DNA of 64,000 bases from an uncultured Acidimicrobiales bacterium. Lineage in GTDB: Bacteria > Actinomycetota > Acidimicrobiia > Acidimicrobiales > SZUA-35. Shown here piece by piece: positions 61,299-64,000 of this stretch. The DNA lies in assembly GCA_963775125.1 (NCBI GenBank), contig CAVZHQ010000001.1, positions 3,227-67,226 on the forward strand, read 5' to 3'. Within the stretch, counting starts at the first letter, position 1; each line of letters opens with the position of its first letter. A program made the translations under genes and the position numbers. A model generated the notes under the pieces. It saw only the letters and a program-made list of their open reading frames with translations, was not told the DNA's origin and did not search any database.

Positions 61299-64000
61299 CG
61301 TCGACACCGGCAGGTCTGAGCCGTTCGAGCACGCTGCGCATTCGCTTCTCGCTCACTGGTTGACGACCGGGCTGGCCTGGCCTGAGGTGTTGAGCGAAGA
61401 GCGCGACCCGCAGTTCCTGCAGCAGCCAACCGGCTTCTTCCAGCTCGGCGCTCCACGGAGTGTTGGCCACGAGGTCGTCCCAGGTCGCTTCCAACGACCG
61501 GACGCGTGCCATCAGCTCGGCGTCCCTCGTCGGCGCTTCGGGGAGGCGGGTCAGACGATGGACGGCTGCGTTGAGGTACCGGGCGATGTCGTCCAGCCGA
61601 TCGGCCCCCACTTGGGTGATGAAGCCGGCGTACAGCAGGCGATCCCTCTGGGCACGGACATCCCGGTAGGCGGCGACGAAGCCGGTGGGCGGATCTTCGA
61701 GCCGGGTCTCGAGCTGGCGGTTGGCGACCAGCGCCTGCAACGAGCGAGCGGCGAGCTCGGCGACGCGGTCGGGGAGCAGGCGGCGCATCTCCTCGACCTG
61801 TGTGTCGAACGTGGTCTGCGTCCACGCCGGCCCACCCCAGTCGATGAGCATGGCCTCGATCGCCGCTTCCACACAGTCGTCGAGCCATGCTGACGGCGAG
61901 TCGTACGGGCTCACGATCAGCGCCAGCTTCGTCTCGGTAGTCAGGAGCGGGCGCAGAATCTTGCTCAACGAGGGTCGGTGAAGGGCGAGTAGCCGACGGC
62001 TCGCGGTCCACATCTCGTCGTGCTGCTCGTCCTCGGACGGCAACAGCCGAAGGTCGACCCGGTCGCCGTCGATCACGAGCGACGGGTAGGCGACGGCGCG
62101 ATGACCGCGGTGGCTGACTTCGACCGATCGGGGGAGGTCGCCGAAGTCCCACGTCGTCACGTCCTCGCGTTCCAGGTCGTGGCCCGCGCCGCGGACGGTG
62201 GCCCGAACCCGTTGGTCCAACAGATCGCGCAGCAGGTCCAGGTCGGTGCCCTCGGCCAGGACTTCAGGCTCGGCGTCCAGCGCTCGGTCGTCGATGATGC
62301 GGAACCGTGGACGGAGGTGCGAGGGGACGCGGTCGAGGTCGAAGTCGTCGGGGACCACCGATACGCCGAGTGATCGAGCGAGAACCAGCGCAACGGCAAC
62401 CGTGAGCGGCCGAGCCGGCGCCGGGTCATCCCGTTCGTCGAGCTCGGAGAGGACCCGCCGAGCCGTGTCGGCGATGGGCAGCAGCTGCTTCCGAATCGGC
62501 TTCGGCAACGTGCGGAGCATGGCCTCGACCAGTTCGCCTCGAAGTCCCGGCACCAGCCAGTCAAAGGCCGTGGAGTCGACCGACCGGAGCTGATCGAGCG
62601 GTACGTCGATGGTGACCCCGTCGAGGCGGTGGCCCGGTTCGAACACATAGGTGAGGCCGAGCGCAGCGTCCCCGTCGCCCAGCTCGTCGGGAAACGCCTC
62701 GGCTTCGACCTCGGACGCGTCCGGAGCCGTGAGGTCGTCGACGGTCAGGTCGAAACGGTGTGGTTCGACCATTCGTCGGTCTCTCCACCAGCGTTCGAAC
62801 TCCTTGACGGTCGCCACGTCGTTCGGGACTCGGTGGTCGAACCACTCGACGATGCGGTCGTGTGCAAGCAGGAGATCGTCGCGTCGGGACTTGATCTCGA
62901 GCGCGATGACTGCCTCTCGCTGCTCCCGATTGTGTTGGGCGAAGTTCGGTGAGCGAGCGCCCCACTCGCCGAGCGCAAGGGCGTTGCTCAGCAGGAACCA
63001 GCGCGCAGCGTCGCGATCCGAACGGTGGAGCAGTTCGGTCCGGTTGGTGAAGACGGGGAGACCGTACAACGTTGCCGAGTGGTGGATCTTGGCCACGCCC
63101 TGATCGGCATCCCACCACGGGTCGCCGTAGCTGTGGGCCAGGAGGTGCGCACCGACCCGTTCGAGCCATTCGGGTTGGATCCTGGCAAGGACTCGGGCCC
63201 ATACACGGTTGGTCTCGACCAGCTCGGCGGCCATCACCCACGACGGGTTCCGTTTGAACAGGCTGGATCCTGGAGCGATGGCGAAGTTGGTGCCCTGCGG
63301 GCCCCGGTAATCCGGCCCGTCCGGGTTCTTGCGGCCGATGTGTGAGAGCAGACCGGAGAGCAACGCTCGGTGCATGACGTCGGGATGCGCCGGCTGGACA
63401 GGATCGCCCGATTCGGGTGATCGATCGCGCAGCGCCCGTCGGAGCTGGCTGTGGAGGTCTTGCCACTCGCGAACACGCTGGGCGTTGAGAAACTCGTTCC
63501 GACACATCCGTCGGAACTGGTTGGACGACCGTTCGCGTCGTTCGGTCTCGAGGTGCTCCCAGAGATGGATCCACGAGAGGAAGTCCGAGGTGTCATCGGC
63601 AAAGCGAGCGTGGGCCTCTCGGGCGGCTTGTTCTTTCCCGGTCGGCCGCTCCCGGGGGTCCTGAATGCTCAGCCCTGCGACGATGATGCGAATCTCGCGC
63701 AGGCAACCCAGCCGCTCGGCTTCGATCAGCATCCTTCCGAGGCGTGGATCGACCGGGAGCCGAGCGAGTCGGCGCCCGAGCTTGGTGACCCAGTCGCCGT
63801 GGCCCTGGCGGCCGGGTCGGACGGCGCCCAGCTCTTCGAGGAGCGCGACGCCCGCCCGTATGGAGGCACGGTCGGGAGGGTCGACGAAGGGAAACGCCTC
63901 GACATCGCCGAGCCCGAGCGTTGCCATTTGCAGGACGACCGACGCCAGGTTGGTTCGCTGGATCTCGGGCTCGGTGAACTCGGGTCGGCCGGCGAAATCG
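61282..64000 (-). CDS. hrpA: ATP-dependent RNA helicase HrpA (5' part outside window)
   Basis: [55 protein letters not shown]. Confidence 0.95.
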   Translation of the reverse strand, partial: DFAGRPEFTEPEIQRTNLASVVLQMATLGLGDVEAFPFVDPPDRASIRAGVALLEELGAVRPGRQGHGDWVTKLGRRLARLPVDPRLGRMLIEAERLGCLREIRIIVAGLSIQDPRERPTGKEQAAREAHARFADDTSDFLSWIHLWEHLETERRERSSNQFRRMCRNEFLNAQRVREWQDLHSQLRRALRDRSPESGDPVQPAHPDVMHRALLSGLLSHIGRKNPDGPDYRGPQGTNFAIAPGSSLFKRNPSWVMAAELVETNRVWARVLARIQPEWLERVGAHLLAHSYGDPWWDADQGVAKIHHSATLYGLPVFTNRTELLHRSDRDAARWFLLSNALALGEWGARSPNFAQHNREQREAVIALEIKSRRDDLLLAHDRIVEWFDHRVPNDVATVKEFERWWRDRRMVEPHRFDLTVDDLTAPDASEVEAEAFPDELGDGDAALGLTYVFEPGHRLDGVTIDVPLDQLRSVDSTAFDWLVPGLRGELVEAMLRTLPKPIRKQLLPIADTARRVLSELDERDDPAPARPLTVAVALVLARSLGVSVVPDDFDLDRVPSHLRPRFRIIDDRALDAEPEVLAEGTDLDLLRDLLDQRVRATVRGAGHDLEREDVTTWDFGDLPRSVEVSHRGHRAVAYPSLVIDGDRVDLRLLPSEDEQHDEMWTASRRLLALHRPSLSKILRPLLTTETKLALIVSPYDSPSAWLDDCVEAAIEAMLIDWGGPAWTQTTFDTQVEEMRRLLPDRVAELAARSLQALVANRQLETRLEDPPTGFVAAYRDVRAQRDRLLYAGFITQVGADRLDDIARYLNAAVHRLTRLPEAPTRDAELMARVRSLEATWDDLVANTPWSAELEEAGWLLQELRVALFAQHLRPGQPGRQPVSEKRMRSVLERLRPAGVDVSLGR

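Overview
High-GC bacterial sequence with many single-base frameshifts, typical of unpolished long-read or metagenomic data. It has two parts joined abruptly at about 10,108. Left part (1-10.1 kb): part of an atypical type VI / contractile-injection-like locus. It holds a TssF-like baseplate gene, a TssG-like gene with an N-terminal PASTA-like domain, a TssK-like gene with an unrecognised C-terminus and a ClpB/ClpV-type ATPase with a variant pore loop. These are followed by a signal-peptide/TPR/TM/FHA protein, a soluble Ser/Thr kinase and a convergent FHA/TM/putative Zn-peptidase gene. At the junction both the FHA gene and a D-cysteine desulfhydrase-like gene are cut. A chimeric join (or a true recombination boundary) is therefore likely, and the host of the left locus cannot be assumed to be the host of the right part. 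Right part (10.1-64 kb): ordinary actinobacterial (Acidimicrobiia-like) chromosome. It carries a nitroreductase, amtB with a GlnR box, trpB2, a hipBA-type TA pair, LLM/CoA catabolic genes, lon, menaquinone genes, a cobalamin riboswitch with a cobamide salvage operon, a receiver-SARP regulator, metY, a DUF4214-like/L,D-transpeptidase, agmatinase and partial hrpA. It also has two families of nested palindromic REP-like repeats and a 52-aa Cys-rich microprotein missing from the ORF track. All calls rest on motif recognition by eye; no database search was run.
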